A stretch of 64,000 nucleotides of DNA from positions 59,763-123,762 of the forward strand of contig DASXZW010000071.1 in NCBI GenBank assembly GCA_036501665.1, in the 5' to 3' direction. Both the position numbers and the translations under genes were made by a program. This DNA comes from Verrucomicrobiia bacterium (GTDB taxonomy: Bacteria; Verrucomicrobiota; Verrucomicrobiia; Limisphaerales; Palsa-1400). The notes beneath the pieces are model-generated. The model worked only from the letters and a program-made list of their open reading frames with translations, was not told the DNA's origin and did not search any database. Positions 9,698-18,066 of the stretch are shown here, piece by piece (the stretch's first letter is position 1; each line of letters starts with the position of its first letter).

Positions 9698-10297
9698 TCA
9701 GATGACAATGTCTTCTGGTCGAACCTCCAGGCATTCATCCTGATCTTCCCAAACGATGGCCGAATAATGATCGAGAAACGGCGGAAGCAGGCGGCTTCCA
9801 GCCGTCGCAAGAAGTTTTTCTGCTTTCGCGGCGGCGTCTTCGCAAGCCTGGTCGTAATCGCGGACGCTCCGGCGCATGCTGTCCTCCCAATGAGCGACCG
9901 CGTGGACCGGCGCGTATTCGTCTGCCCATTTCTTCGATGACTTCTGAAGTTCCGGCGCCAGGTCTTCAAACGCGATCAACGTTTCCGAACAATGCTGGCA
10001 AATGAGACCGCTCTGAAGAATATCGCGGCTGAAAAGCGGCAGAGACGGCGCCCGGCAGCAGGGTGAATCAATGAAACTTTGCGGAACGCTCGCCAGTCTT
10101 TTAAGCCAGATTTGCCGACGATGCCCAATTTCCGCCGCCAGTCGATACGCGCCAACAAGTGGATGCGAAAACCGCCATACGCGCCCGCTCAATTGACCCA
10201 GCGTCTGCGCCAGCCAGCGCGCCAGCGTCAAGTCGTCGAATTCCTCGAAGACCGCGCTGTATTCCTTGAACAAATTGTCCGGCGACGTATCAGCCAT
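9698..10297 (-). CDS. Hypothetical protein with Cys cluster (CC…CxxC)
   Basis: This 199-aa ORF has coding-like composition. It contains SPCCRAP…LICQHCSE, a possible metal site. I recognised no family. Confidence 0.5.
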   Translation of the reverse strand: MADTSPDNLFKEYSAVFEEFDDLTLARWLAQTLGQLSGRVWRFSHPLVGAYRLAAEIGHRRQIWLKRLASVPQSFIDSPCCRAPSLPLFSRDILQSGLICQHCSETLIAFEDLAPELQKSSKKWADEYAPVHAVAHWEDSMRRSVRDYDQACEDAAAKAEKLLATAGSRLLPPFLDHYSAIVWEDQDECLEVRPEDIVI

Positions 10298-10502
10298 CGT
10301 GTAACAGTAGGGTCAAAGCGTAATGTTTAAAGTTCAAAGTTTCGGAATTCCGTGCCGGAGCGAAATCCATTTTACAGAAATGCTGCCGGGACCTTCGGGT
10401 GGATGAGCATTCGCCCGATTCCGCTTGGTACCACGAAGCGAATATGATGCAATATGTTCGTTTTGCCGCGCCGTTTGGCCAAAAACCAATCATCAAACCA
10501 CA

Positions 10503-13500
10503 ATGAAAATCCGCCAGATCCGTTTCTGGGCCATGTTATCGCTTTTGGCACTTGTTCCCGCGATTTGTTTTGCGGCACCTCCGTCAGCAGACTTGAGCGT
10601 GAGCGCCAACTATTATACTGGCCGGCCGTCCAGCTTGGGACAGGGAGAAACATACACACTTACGATCAGCAACGCTGGTCCCGACACGGCAACCGGCGTG
10701 ATCCTCAGCGACCAGATTCCTGCAAATGTTCGGGTTTCCGATCTTTCAGCAGGCGAAGCGATAGTCACACCTGATGGCCGTGTGACCATCGGCTTTAATA
10801 CCTTGCCCGCCGGTCAATCTCTGACTTTCGATATTGTAGAAATTACCAGCGCCCAATTCCTTACTTCGACCAAAAGCGTAAATCCGATTGATCTTTTTCG
10901 CACCACCGTCACGAACAAGTTTGTTGTACTTGCCAACGAAGCCGATCCTGTCCCCGCCAACAATACCGCCGCTACCGTCATTGATGTGGTGTATTCATTT
11001 CCGGGAACACCCAGTTCGAAGTACGATTTGAAGCCCCTGCAACTGACCACTTCAAATCGCGTCTATGTCTTTTTTTCCCCCGACCCCAATGACGACCCTA
11101 CTTTTTATGGCGGTGCGGCATCGTATGAGTTTCCTTATGGTGGAGTCGGACTACCAAGCGGAGTTCCTTTGAGTTTTGACATTGCCTACCCCGGCGACGT
11201 TGTCATTTTAGGCGGAAGCGACACCAACAGTACTGCCAATACGGATATCACGAACTGGCTGGCGGTCATCAGGTTCTTCAACCCTGGCGATCCGACTGGA
11301 ATTGAGGCACCGGCCAACGAAAAACAGGCGTTTTTTCCCACGAGCATCATCGGGCCAGACGGTTTTACAAACTTTACATTATTCCCCAATGTCATCTACG
11401 TCACGGGAAGCACAACTTCGTCAAACGGCTTTGCCACAGCCTCGGTTTCTTATGGGGCTGAAGCAATTCCTTATTATTACTACCTCGAATTGATCGCCAC
11501 CCATTCTCCCACGGGAGTCCGATTAACTGCCAGTTCGACGCCGGAACCGGTGGTTGTTGGAAATGATCTGACCTATTTGCTTGCCATCAGCAATTCCATG
11601 CCGCGATTGGCGACCGACGTTACAATCAGCAATCTGTTGCCTGCAAATCTGAGCTTTGTTTCGGTGACAGGAGGAACTGTGACCACGAATAAAGGCGCTC
11701 TGCTCATCAATGCCGGTTCGCTGGGGCCCGGAGCAACGAATCTCATCACGCTCGTCGTGAAGCCGAACACTGTGGAAAATCTCACCAATGTGTTTCATGT
11801 TTCCGCCGACCAACCCGATCCCGACCCGAACGCCGGTTTCGCCACAGTGGTCAGCACCGTCAACGGAATTTCGACTCAATTATCGGCGGACGTTAGCGTA
11901 ACGACGACGAATTTCAGTCCAAATTATCAATATATAGTCTTTCCAAACAGTACCCTTACTTGTTGGCTCACTGTGAGCAATGCCGGGCCGGCGACCGCCA
12001 CCGGCTTAACCCTGCGCGATTTTATTCCGCCGAATGTTAGTTTTGTTTCTGCAACGGGTGGAAACGCTACAAGTAATAATGGGGTCATCACGATAAATCT
12101 TGCCTCGCTGCCCGCGGGAGCGACCAATCAGGTGCAGATTGTCGTACAGCCTTCCATGCAATACCTGAACACTTCTCTAATTACCACCGCTTCTTTTCTC
12201 ACCAATTTTTATGAGGTTTCCGACAACGAGCCGGATCCGGTTGCTGGTAATAACACAACAAATGTAGTTGTTGATGTTATCGACTTCGTTCCAGGAACTC
12301 CTGTGAACGGGCCGGGAACCAACAAGAATAATGCTGGAGCTGTAATCGTTTTATCGGCATCTGCGGAAAATGACTTGGTTCAGTCGTACTTCACAGACGC
12401 AAGCTTATATGTTGACAACGATTCGGCAACCGATTCAGTAGCCATTCCTGGTGACCTTGTGCTTCTTAACGGCACTAACGGCGGAAACAAGAATATTGCA
12501 AACTGGGCTTCTATGATGAGGTTTTTCAATCCTGCTGATCCCGATGGCACCCTCGGATTGCCAGCTACAGAGTCCGAGGCGTTTTTTCCCTCCAGCGTCG
12601 CGGGCGGTGTCGGTTTTACCAACTTTTCGTTGTTTCCCAATACATTTTTCGCCTTTGAAAACACCGGTTCCCCGTCAGATGAGCCTGTCGGCTCGATTAC
12701 GGAGTTCGGACCTGCCGGTTTTATTATCCCCGGCCAAACAGCAATTATACTTTACATCTCGTTATTCATACCAAAGGCAGACCTAAGCGTAACTGTAAGC
12801 GGCCCGGATGCTTCAATTCGGGTGGGGAGCAACCTAGTCTTTTCGCTCACGATCAGCAACGCCGGGCCGCAAGCTGCCACTGGAGTGACCATCAGCAACC
12901 AACTCCCGGCTAATGTTGATTTCGTCTCGGCCACTGGCGTAGCAACGCTGACAAATGGCGCAGTGCTCGTTGCCCTTGGGCCGCTGGACGTCGGCGCAAC
13001 CGAAACCGCGCAGATAGTCTTGCGTTCCGCACGCCTGGGTCAATTCACAAACATCTTTCAGGTTCTTGCCACGGAGAAAGACCCCAATACCACAAACAAT
13101 TCCGCTGCGGTGGTCAGCCGCGTGGATGACGCATCGACAGCGGCTGACTTGGTTCTGACCGCGCAAGGCTCAAGTGGATTGATAACGGTGGGCAGCAATT
13201 TCATCTATTCGCTGACGATCAGCAACTCCGGTCCAGTGCCCGCGACTGGATTGGTTGTTAGCAACCAGCTTCCGCCAAACGTTCATTTTCTCTGGGCAAC
13301 CGGCGTGTCAAGAGTCAACGCAACAGATGGTTCATTGCTGCTGAATCTTGGCCCGCTCCAATCCGGCGCAAGTGAACAAGTGCAAATCTTTGCACAACCG
13401 ACTGCGCCCGGCGGAATAACGAATCAATTTCAAGTCTCCGCCAATGAAGCGGATTTTAATGTATCCAATAACATCGCCACGGTCGTCAGCACGGCCACGA

Positions 13501-13784
13501 GTGTTCTATCCGGCGGAGGCTCTCCGACACTCATGATGGCTTCGCCGAAGTCCGGCCAGCAATTGAGCAATCAGATTACGCTTGAAATTACTGGAGGCAC
13601 ACCGGGTCTGAATTATGTGATTGAGTATAGCAGTAATCTTTTCACCTGGTTGCCTGCGACTCCAACCTTCGTCGCCAGCACGAACGGAGTTCAATGGACC
13701 GACGCCGGTCCTCCTCAAACTGACAGCATTCCCGGCAAACGCGGCGTTCGATTTTATCGTGCTGCGCTTCATCTTGGCGACTGA
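10503..13784 (+). CDS. Secreted giant surface protein with five DUF11-type repeats and two copies of an unknown insert module
   Basis: The ORF-track entry is 10425..13784. I prefer ATG 10503, giving the Sec signal MKIRQIRFWAMLSLLALVPAICFA. A repeated signature marks the DUF11 'conserved repeat domain': TISNAGPDTATGV, TVSNAGPATATGL, TISNAGPQAATGV, TISNSGPVPATGL, each followed by …ANEADP/DNEPDP…NN. The C-terminus ends …YVIEYSSNLFTW…RFYRAALHLGD. Confidence 0.85.
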   Translation: MKIRQIRFWAMLSLLALVPAICFAAPPSADLSVSANYYTGRPSSLGQGETYTLTISNAGPDTATGVILSDQIPANVRVSDLSAGEAIVTPDGRVTIGFNTLPAGQSLTFDIVEITSAQFLTSTKSVNPIDLFRTTVTNKFVVLANEADPVPANNTAATVIDVVYSFPGTPSSKYDLKPLQLTTSNRVYVFFSPDPNDDPTFYGGAASYEFPYGGVGLPSGVPLSFDIAYPGDVVILGGSDTNSTANTDITNWLAVIRFFNPGDPTGIEAPANEKQAFFPTSIIGPDGFTNFTLFPNVIYVTGSTTSSNGFATASVSYGAEAIPYYYYLELIATHSPTGVRLTASSTPEPVVVGNDLTYLLAISNSMPRLATDVTISNLLPANLSFVSVTGGTVTTNKGALLINAGSLGPGATNLITLVVKPNTVENLTNVFHVSADQPDPDPNAGFATVVSTVNGISTQLSADVSVTTTNFSPNYQYIVFPNSTLTCWLTVSNAGPATATGLTLRDFIPPNVSFVSATGGNATSNNGVITINLASLPAGATNQVQIVVQPSMQYLNTSLITTASFLTNFYEVSDNEPDPVAGNNTTNVVVDVIDFVPGTPVNGPGTNKNNAGAVIVLSASAENDLVQSYFTDASLYVDNDSATDSVAIPGDLVLLNGTNGGNKNIANWASMMRFFNPADPDGTLGLPATESEAFFPSSVAGGVGFTNFSLFPNTFFAFENTGSPSDEPVGSITEFGPAGFIIPGQTAIILYISLFIPKADLSVTVSGPDASIRVGSNLVFSLTISNAGPQAATGVTISNQLPANVDFVSATGVATLTNGAVLVALGPLDVGATETAQIVLRSARLGQFTNIFQVLATEKDPNTTNNSAAVVSRVDDASTAADLVLTAQGSSGLITVGSNFIYSLTISNSGPVPATGLVVSNQLPPNVHFLWATGVSRVNATDGSLLLNLGPLQSGASEQVQIFAQPTAPGGITNQFQVSANEADFNVSNNIATVVSTATSVLSGGGSPTLMMASPKSGQQLSNQITLEITGGTPGLNYVIEYSSNLFTWLPATPTFVASTNGVQWTDAGPPQTDSIPGKRGVRFYRAALHLGD

Positions 13785-13800
13785 ATGGTTAACAATTATT

Positions 13801-13830
13801 TGGAGCGACACCTGGTTTGCTCCATTTATT
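13801..13830 (+). terminator. Weak hairpin plus T-rich tail after the DUF11 gene
   Basis: TGGAGC (13801-13806) pairs with GCTCCA (13819-13824) across a 12-nt loop, and TTTATT follows. The stem is short and the loop long, so this is weak. Confidence 0.3.
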
Positions 13831-13995
13831 AAATCTGCGTCACCAAGCGATCCAGATTTTGTATGGGATATACATGGCACAGAAAGTTGTGGTCAATCGC
13901 CTCAACCGAAATATCTTCCAAAGTTTCGATCAATTGCGGGTAAAGGCACCGATTGACGCAGGGCGCTTGTGATGCAACTTTTATTCAGAGGAGAT

Positions 13996-14463
13996 ATGAC
14001 GAGCTTCACCTTGGTTCTGCAACTTGTCGCGGTGATGGTGCTGGGTCTTATGTGCGGCAGCGAGTTGAATGTGGCAGTATTCGGAAACCCTACACTGGAT
14101 CGCCAGCCACTTGATGTTCATATACCAATGCGCGCTTCATTTGCGAGCTTGTTGGGCCGCGTGATGCCGTTTTGGATGACCGGTTCTGCGGTGATGAATC
14201 TCCTTCTTCTGCTGCCATTTGCCGGCGTTTCAGGCCTCGCTTGGCGTTTGTCTGCCATTTCTTCCGGGATTCAGATCGGCGCGGTTTTATTTTCGCTTGT
14301 GGCTCCAGTACCTATCAATAAGCGAATAGAGAAATGGACATCCTCGTCGCTTCCCGAAGATTGGAGATTCCAGGAACACCGCTGGGGCGTATATCACTGG
14401 TTCAGGACTTGTGGATTGGTCGTTGCGTTTGCGCTGCTCGGTCTTAGCCTTGCTGCACGATGA
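13996..14463 (+). CDS. DUF1772-family small membrane protein
   Basis: The ORF-track entry is 13969..14463. ATG 13996 is preceded by AGAGGAGA (Shine-Dalgarno-like). The protein has four hydrophobic segments. The N-terminus MTSFTLVLQLVAVMVLGLMCGSELNVAVFGNP resembles DUF1772 (anthrone-oxygenase-like) proteins. Confidence 0.55.
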   Translation: MTSFTLVLQLVAVMVLGLMCGSELNVAVFGNPTLDRQPLDVHIPMRASFASLLGRVMPFWMTGSAVMNLLLLLPFAGVSGLAWRLSAISSGIQIGAVLFSLVAPVPINKRIEKWTSSSLPEDWRFQEHRWGVYHWFRTCGLVVAFALLGLSLAAR

Positions 14464-14585
14464 TTTTGGTTTTGGATTCGCAACTTTTGCCAGGCAGTTA
14501 CAAAGGCGGTTCTGCCATTCACGCCTTGGTGAGTTGACAACGGTTTCGGTGTGCAAAGATTCGGCATGGGCGTTAAGATCTCGCG

Positions 14586-16601
14586 GTGCCGGGCGAGAAA
14601 AATCCACTCGATACGCCGCTCCTTGGATTACCTGGAGTCGGCAAGGAACGCGCGTCGCAGTTGGAACGCCTGGAGCTTCGCACGGTTGGTGATTTGTTTC
14701 TGCATCGTCCCGGGCGTTATGAGGATCGCCGTCACTTCGAGAAAATTGCGGGATTAAAGTTGAATGAACCGGCGCTGACTCACGGCAAGATCATTGCCAG
14801 CGGAGTCCGACGGTTTCGCAAGGGCAGTCAGTCAATATTTGAATTCATCCTGGACGACGGCACCGGACGCCTTCATTGCCGCTGGTGGAACCTGCCGTTC
14901 ATGGAGAAGTATTTCAAAGTCGGCGATGAAACGGTTGTTTTCGGCAAACCCAATTCTTTGCGCCCGCGCACGATGGACCATCCGGAAACCGAAGTCATTC
15001 AAGCGTTGGAAAATTCACTGCATTTGAATCGCATTGTCCCGATTTACCCGTTAACCGAGGGATTACCGCAGCGCTGGCTCCGTTCACTCACATGGCGGAT
15101 TCTCGAACAATTCGGCAATGCAGTCCCCGAACCGAAGCTGACCACCACAGGCAAATCAGCTCTTGGCGTGTCGCTCCTTTCACGCGCAGAAGCCATTCGT
15201 CTTCTCCATTTTCCCATGGAGATCGCCGATACCGAAGCTGCCCGTCGGCGTCTGGCTTTGGATGAATACATTGAACTTCAAAGCGCAATCCAAACACGCT
15301 GCAAGAACCTTGAACGCAACGCGCGCTCGGTTTCGTGTTCCGGCGATAATCATCTGATCAAACCATTTCTTGCTGCGCTCGGTTTCCATTTGACAGATTC
15401 CCAGACTGGCGTCCTGCGTGAAATCCGCCGCGACATGGCTGGGCCGACTCCCATGCGCCGCCTGCTTCAAGGCGACGTTGGTTCTGGCAAGACAGTTGTC
15501 GCGGCTTGCGTGGCTTTGATGGCGTTGGAAAGCGGGGCCAATGTCGCGCTTATGGCGCCAACGGAAATTCTGGCGGAACAACACTGGCGCAATTTTCGGC
15601 GGTGGCTGGAACCGCTCGGCATCGCCGTGGAATTGCGAACTGGCAGCACGAAAACAGGGATCGAAACAGGTCAGGAAGAACTTCGTTTGCACAGGTCCAA
15701 CGTGGTCAACCAGAAGGTGTGGGTGGGTACCCACGCATTGGTTCAGGAAGGTTTTACTCCCGAAAAGTTGGGTCTCGTGATCATTGACGAACAGCACAAA
15801 TTCGGCGTCGCTCAACGAGAAACACTGGTTCGCAAAGGCGCTTATCCTCATCTTCTTGTCATGACCGCGACGCCAATTCCGCGAACCTTGGGCCTGACGT
15901 TGTACGGCGATCTGGATATTTCAATTTTGGCCCAAAGCCCGCCGGGCCGAGGTAAAATCAAGACTTTCGTCCGCGATTCGACTGGATTGCCGAAAGTATG
16001 GAAATTTGTCGCAGAGCAACTTTCCAAAGGACGCCAGGCTTACGTCGTTTATTCCCGCCTCGAAGCAGAGGACACAGCCGCTGGCGTGAAAGCCGTTGAA
16101 AAGGAATTCCACAATTTGGAAAAAACTTTTGCGCCGTGGCGAGCGGGGTTGTTGCATGGCCGACTTAAGAGCGAGGAGAAAAACCAGGTCATGGCCGCTT
16201 TCGAGGCGAATCATGTGCAGGTGCTCATCGCGACTTCCGTGGTGGAAGTCGGCTTGGACGTGCCCAACGCCACTGTGATGGTCATCGAAAACGCGGAGCA
16301 ATTTGGCCTTGCCCAACTGCATCAGATTCGCGGTCGAATTGGGCGCGGCAAGGAGGATTCTTATTGCATTTTGATTGCCGCCGGCAAAACTGAAGATTCC
16401 ATCCAACGCCTGAAAATCATGGAGGAAACTTCGGATGGTTTTCGCATTGCCGAGGAGGACCTGCGGTTGCGCGGACCTGGGGAGTTTTTAGGCCGCGAAC
16501 AAAGCGGCGCGCCTCCACTGCGCTTTGGTGAATTGTCACGAGACATTGCGCTCATTGAACAGGCGCGCGAGATTGTCAGAGAGAATCTCAAGTTGAAGTA
16601 G
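14586..16601 (+). CDS. recG: ATP-dependent DNA helicase RecG
   Basis: 671 aa with a GTG start. There is an N-terminal wedge/OB region. Helicase motifs are GDVGSGKT (Walker A), IIDEQHKFG (DEQH) and LHQIRGRIGRG (motif VI). Confidence 0.9.
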   Translation: MPGEKNPLDTPLLGLPGVGKERASQLERLELRTVGDLFLHRPGRYEDRRHFEKIAGLKLNEPALTHGKIIASGVRRFRKGSQSIFEFILDDGTGRLHCRWWNLPFMEKYFKVGDETVVFGKPNSLRPRTMDHPETEVIQALENSLHLNRIVPIYPLTEGLPQRWLRSLTWRILEQFGNAVPEPKLTTTGKSALGVSLLSRAEAIRLLHFPMEIADTEAARRRLALDEYIELQSAIQTRCKNLERNARSVSCSGDNHLIKPFLAALGFHLTDSQTGVLREIRRDMAGPTPMRRLLQGDVGSGKTVVAACVALMALESGANVALMAPTEILAEQHWRNFRRWLEPLGIAVELRTGSTKTGIETGQEELRLHRSNVVNQKVWVGTHALVQEGFTPEKLGLVIIDEQHKFGVAQRETLVRKGAYPHLLVMTATPIPRTLGLTLYGDLDISILAQSPPGRGKIKTFVRDSTGLPKVWKFVAEQLSKGRQAYVVYSRLEAEDTAAGVKAVEKEFHNLEKTFAPWRAGLLHGRLKSEEKNQVMAAFEANHVQVLIATSVVEVGLDVPNATVMVIENAEQFGLAQLHQIRGRIGRGKEDSYCILIAAGKTEDSIQRLKIMEETSDGFRIAEEDLRLRGPGEFLGREQSGAPPLRFGELSRDIALIEQAREIVRENLKLK

Positions 16602-16648
16602 GCTAACACCCACGTTGCGTCGAGTCTGCCGGGCGGCGACGGTCTTGC

Positions 16649-16792
16649 ATGACGCGAATTCTCTTACTGATGGCTATGGGACTGCTTTTGATGAATATAA
16701 CCAGCGGTTGCAACAAATCGGACGATACATCGACGATGTCCTCCACTAACAGTGTTGCGACGAACACTGCGCCGGTTACGCCTCCCAAATAA
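16649..16792 (+). CDS. Small putative lipoprotein (47 aa), absent from the ORF track
   Basis: ATG 16649 to TAA 16790-16792 encodes MTRILLLMAMGLLLMNITSGCNKSDDTSTMSSTNSVATNTAPVTPPK. That is a signal peptide, an ITSGC lipobox-like site and an S/T-rich tail. It sits just upstream of another lipoprotein gene. Confidence 0.45.
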   Translation: MTRILLLMAMGLLLMNITSGCNKSDDTSTMSSTNSVATNTAPVTPPK

Positions 16793-16851
16793 TTCTGAGT
16801 TCGTCGCGAGGCCGTTTGATTTTTGGGCTGTGGCCGGGTAAGTTTTCTCCA

Positions 16852-17181
16852 ATGAAGATTTACCTCAGCCCAAGTGTTTTGGTTTGCGCAATTTTGGTTG
16901 CGGGCTGTGGGAAGAATGAAAATGCCGCGCCTGCAGCTTCGAGCGCTTCGTCGGGGTACATTGGCACTTTGGAAAAAGGGCAACAATCATCGGTGAAGGC
17001 CGTTGATGTCACTTCGCTGAATCAGGACATTCAACTTTTCAACGTGCAGGAGGGGCGGAATCCGAAGGATTTGGACGAGCTTGTCAGCAAACATTATATC
17101 GGCGCGCTTCCCGAAGTGCCGCAAGGGATGAAGTTCGTTTATGACGCGACGCAGGGCAAAGTCAGCCTGGCGTCGCAATAG
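16852..17181 (+). CDS. Small lipoprotein with a pseudopilin-like C-terminal segment
   Basis: The ORF-track entry is 16816..17181. ATG 16852 gives MKIYLSPSVLVCAILVAGC, with lipobox LVAGC. The C-terminal IQLFNVQEGRNPKDLDELVSKHYIGALPEVPQGMKFVYDATQGKV loosely resembles the globular part of GspG-type pseudopilins. Confidence 0.55.
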   Translation: MKIYLSPSVLVCAILVAGCGKNENAAPAASSASSGYIGTLEKGQQSSVKAVDVTSLNQDIQLFNVQEGRNPKDLDELVSKHYIGALPEVPQGMKFVYDATQGKVSLASQ

Positions 17182-17196
17182 CGCGCCACTCGACCT

Positions 17197-17799
17197 GTGC
17201 GCCTCCGACATACCAAAACGTCCGTCAATGCAGCCGCATTCTCATTGCTCGAGCTTCTCCTGGTTGCGACGATTATAATCGTCTTGTACGCGCTGACGAT
17301 GGGGCAGTTCAGCACGTCCGCCCGCCGCAAGGAGATGACTGCGTGCCGATCGAACTTGCAGAAAATTTATCTCGCGCTGAACCTTTACCGCAGTGACAAT
17401 GGCGCATTCCCGTTCGTGCAAGGCGCAACCTCACCTTCAGCGCCCTTGAGCCTCCTCATTCCAAAAAGCACGACCACAACCGAAATTTTCATCTGCCCCG
17501 GCAGCAGCGACAAGCCGTTGCCTGAAAGTGAGCATTTCGCCGAGCGCCGGATTAGTTATGCCTACTACATGGGCCGGGCCACCAATGATGGCGGTATTCT
17601 TATGAGCGATTGGCAGGTGGACAATGCGCCGAAGAGGGCGGGGCAGCTTTTGTTTTCAGTCGATGGGAAGAGGCCGGGGAATAATCATAAGGATACTGGG
17701 GGGAATTTGCTTTTTATGGATGGGAGTGTGAGGGAGAGCGGGACGAAGGCGAAGGGGGATTTTTTGATTTCGGCGCCGGTGGTTTTGTTGAATCCTTGA
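17197..17799 (+). CDS. Prepilin-type N-terminal cleavage/methylation-domain protein with an H-X9-DG-like C-terminus
   Basis: 200 aa with a GTG start. The N-terminal AAAFSLLELLLVATIIIVL is the class III (prepilin) signal core. The C-terminal NNHKDTGGNLLFMDGSV fits the PVC-typical H-X9/10-DG motif. Confidence 0.8.
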   Translation: MRLRHTKTSVNAAAFSLLELLLVATIIIVLYALTMGQFSTSARRKEMTACRSNLQKIYLALNLYRSDNGAFPFVQGATSPSAPLSLLIPKSTTTTEIFICPGSSDKPLPESEHFAERRISYAYYMGRATNDGGILMSDWQVDNAPKRAGQLLFSVDGKRPGNNHKDTGGNLLFMDGSVRESGTKAKGDFLISAPVVLLNP

Positions 17800-18066
17800 A
17801 ATTTTTTTTTGGAAATGACGAAGGAAGGGACTTGAATTATCAGGATTTTCCTACGGTGGGTTTGTTACTTTCGTGTGAACAGGGGGTGGATAACTTTTTT
17901 TCCACTTTTTTCTTGCCACCACAATGGGTGGTGGTAGTCTGGCGGCAGACTCCCTACTGATGGGGTTCGCAAGATAATCACAAGTGGTTGAAAATGCGGC
18001 CCAAAGGGATGTTTTTGCCAGTTTTTTTGAGTTGGTTTAAATTTAACAAGCAACACTATTAGAAGG
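17800..18066 (+). promoter_or_regulatory. Structured ~270-nt leader/intergenic region upstream of nrdJ
   Basis: Two back-to-back perfect hairpins: CCACCAC-AATGG-GTGGTGG (17916-17934) and AGTCTG-GCGG-CAGACT (17936-17951). A third pairing is GTGGA…TCCAC (17886-17905), followed by a T-tract. A second T-run lies at 18022-18028. AGAAGGA (Shine-Dalgarno-like) is at 18061-18067. Confidence 0.4.

Noticed and set aside
9355-9969. Track ORFs spanning the 9.6-kb spacer: 9355..9618, 9551..9940 and 9625..9969. The same applies to 21153..21350 and to 41031..41432 / 41213..41566.
   Set aside because: They run through the short-repeat modules and give repeat-derived peptides (…FVAFVSFC, …FVSFVSFC…, …TDFTDFTD…, …SVKSVKSV…), or they overlap better-supported genes. 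I see no independent coding evidence.
13785-13968. Possible small gene or gene remnant on the minus strand between the DUF11 and DUF1772 genes (…IETLEDISVEAIDHNFLCHVYPIQNLDRLVTQI*).
   Set aside because: Only a TTG start is available, there is no Shine-Dalgarno sequence, the length is 34 codons, and no family was recognised. The evidence is insufficient to call either a gene or a pseudogene.
17886-17934. Tandem NrdR boxes upstream of nrdJ.
   Set aside because: Only 17916-17931 has CCAC-N8-GTGG geometry. The neighbouring pairing is GTGG-N12-CCAC, with opposite polarity and different spacing, so the usual two-box arrangement is not supported. I keep it as a hypothesis inside the leader finding only.
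17962-17975. tRNA-like T-arm string GGGGTTCGCAAG.
   Set aside because: There is no complementary acceptor or T-stem partner and no cloverleaf around it. No other tRNA-like sequence was seen in the intergenic regions.
17800-18066. Cobalamin riboswitch in the nrdJ leader.
   Set aside because: I looked for the B12 box (…AGYCMGGAGACCKGCC-like), GCCACUG and the GGGAA/GGUG…AA.UCC core in the proper order. I found only loose fragments (GCCACC, GGUUGAAAAUGCGGCCC). That is not enough to call it without a covariance-model scan.
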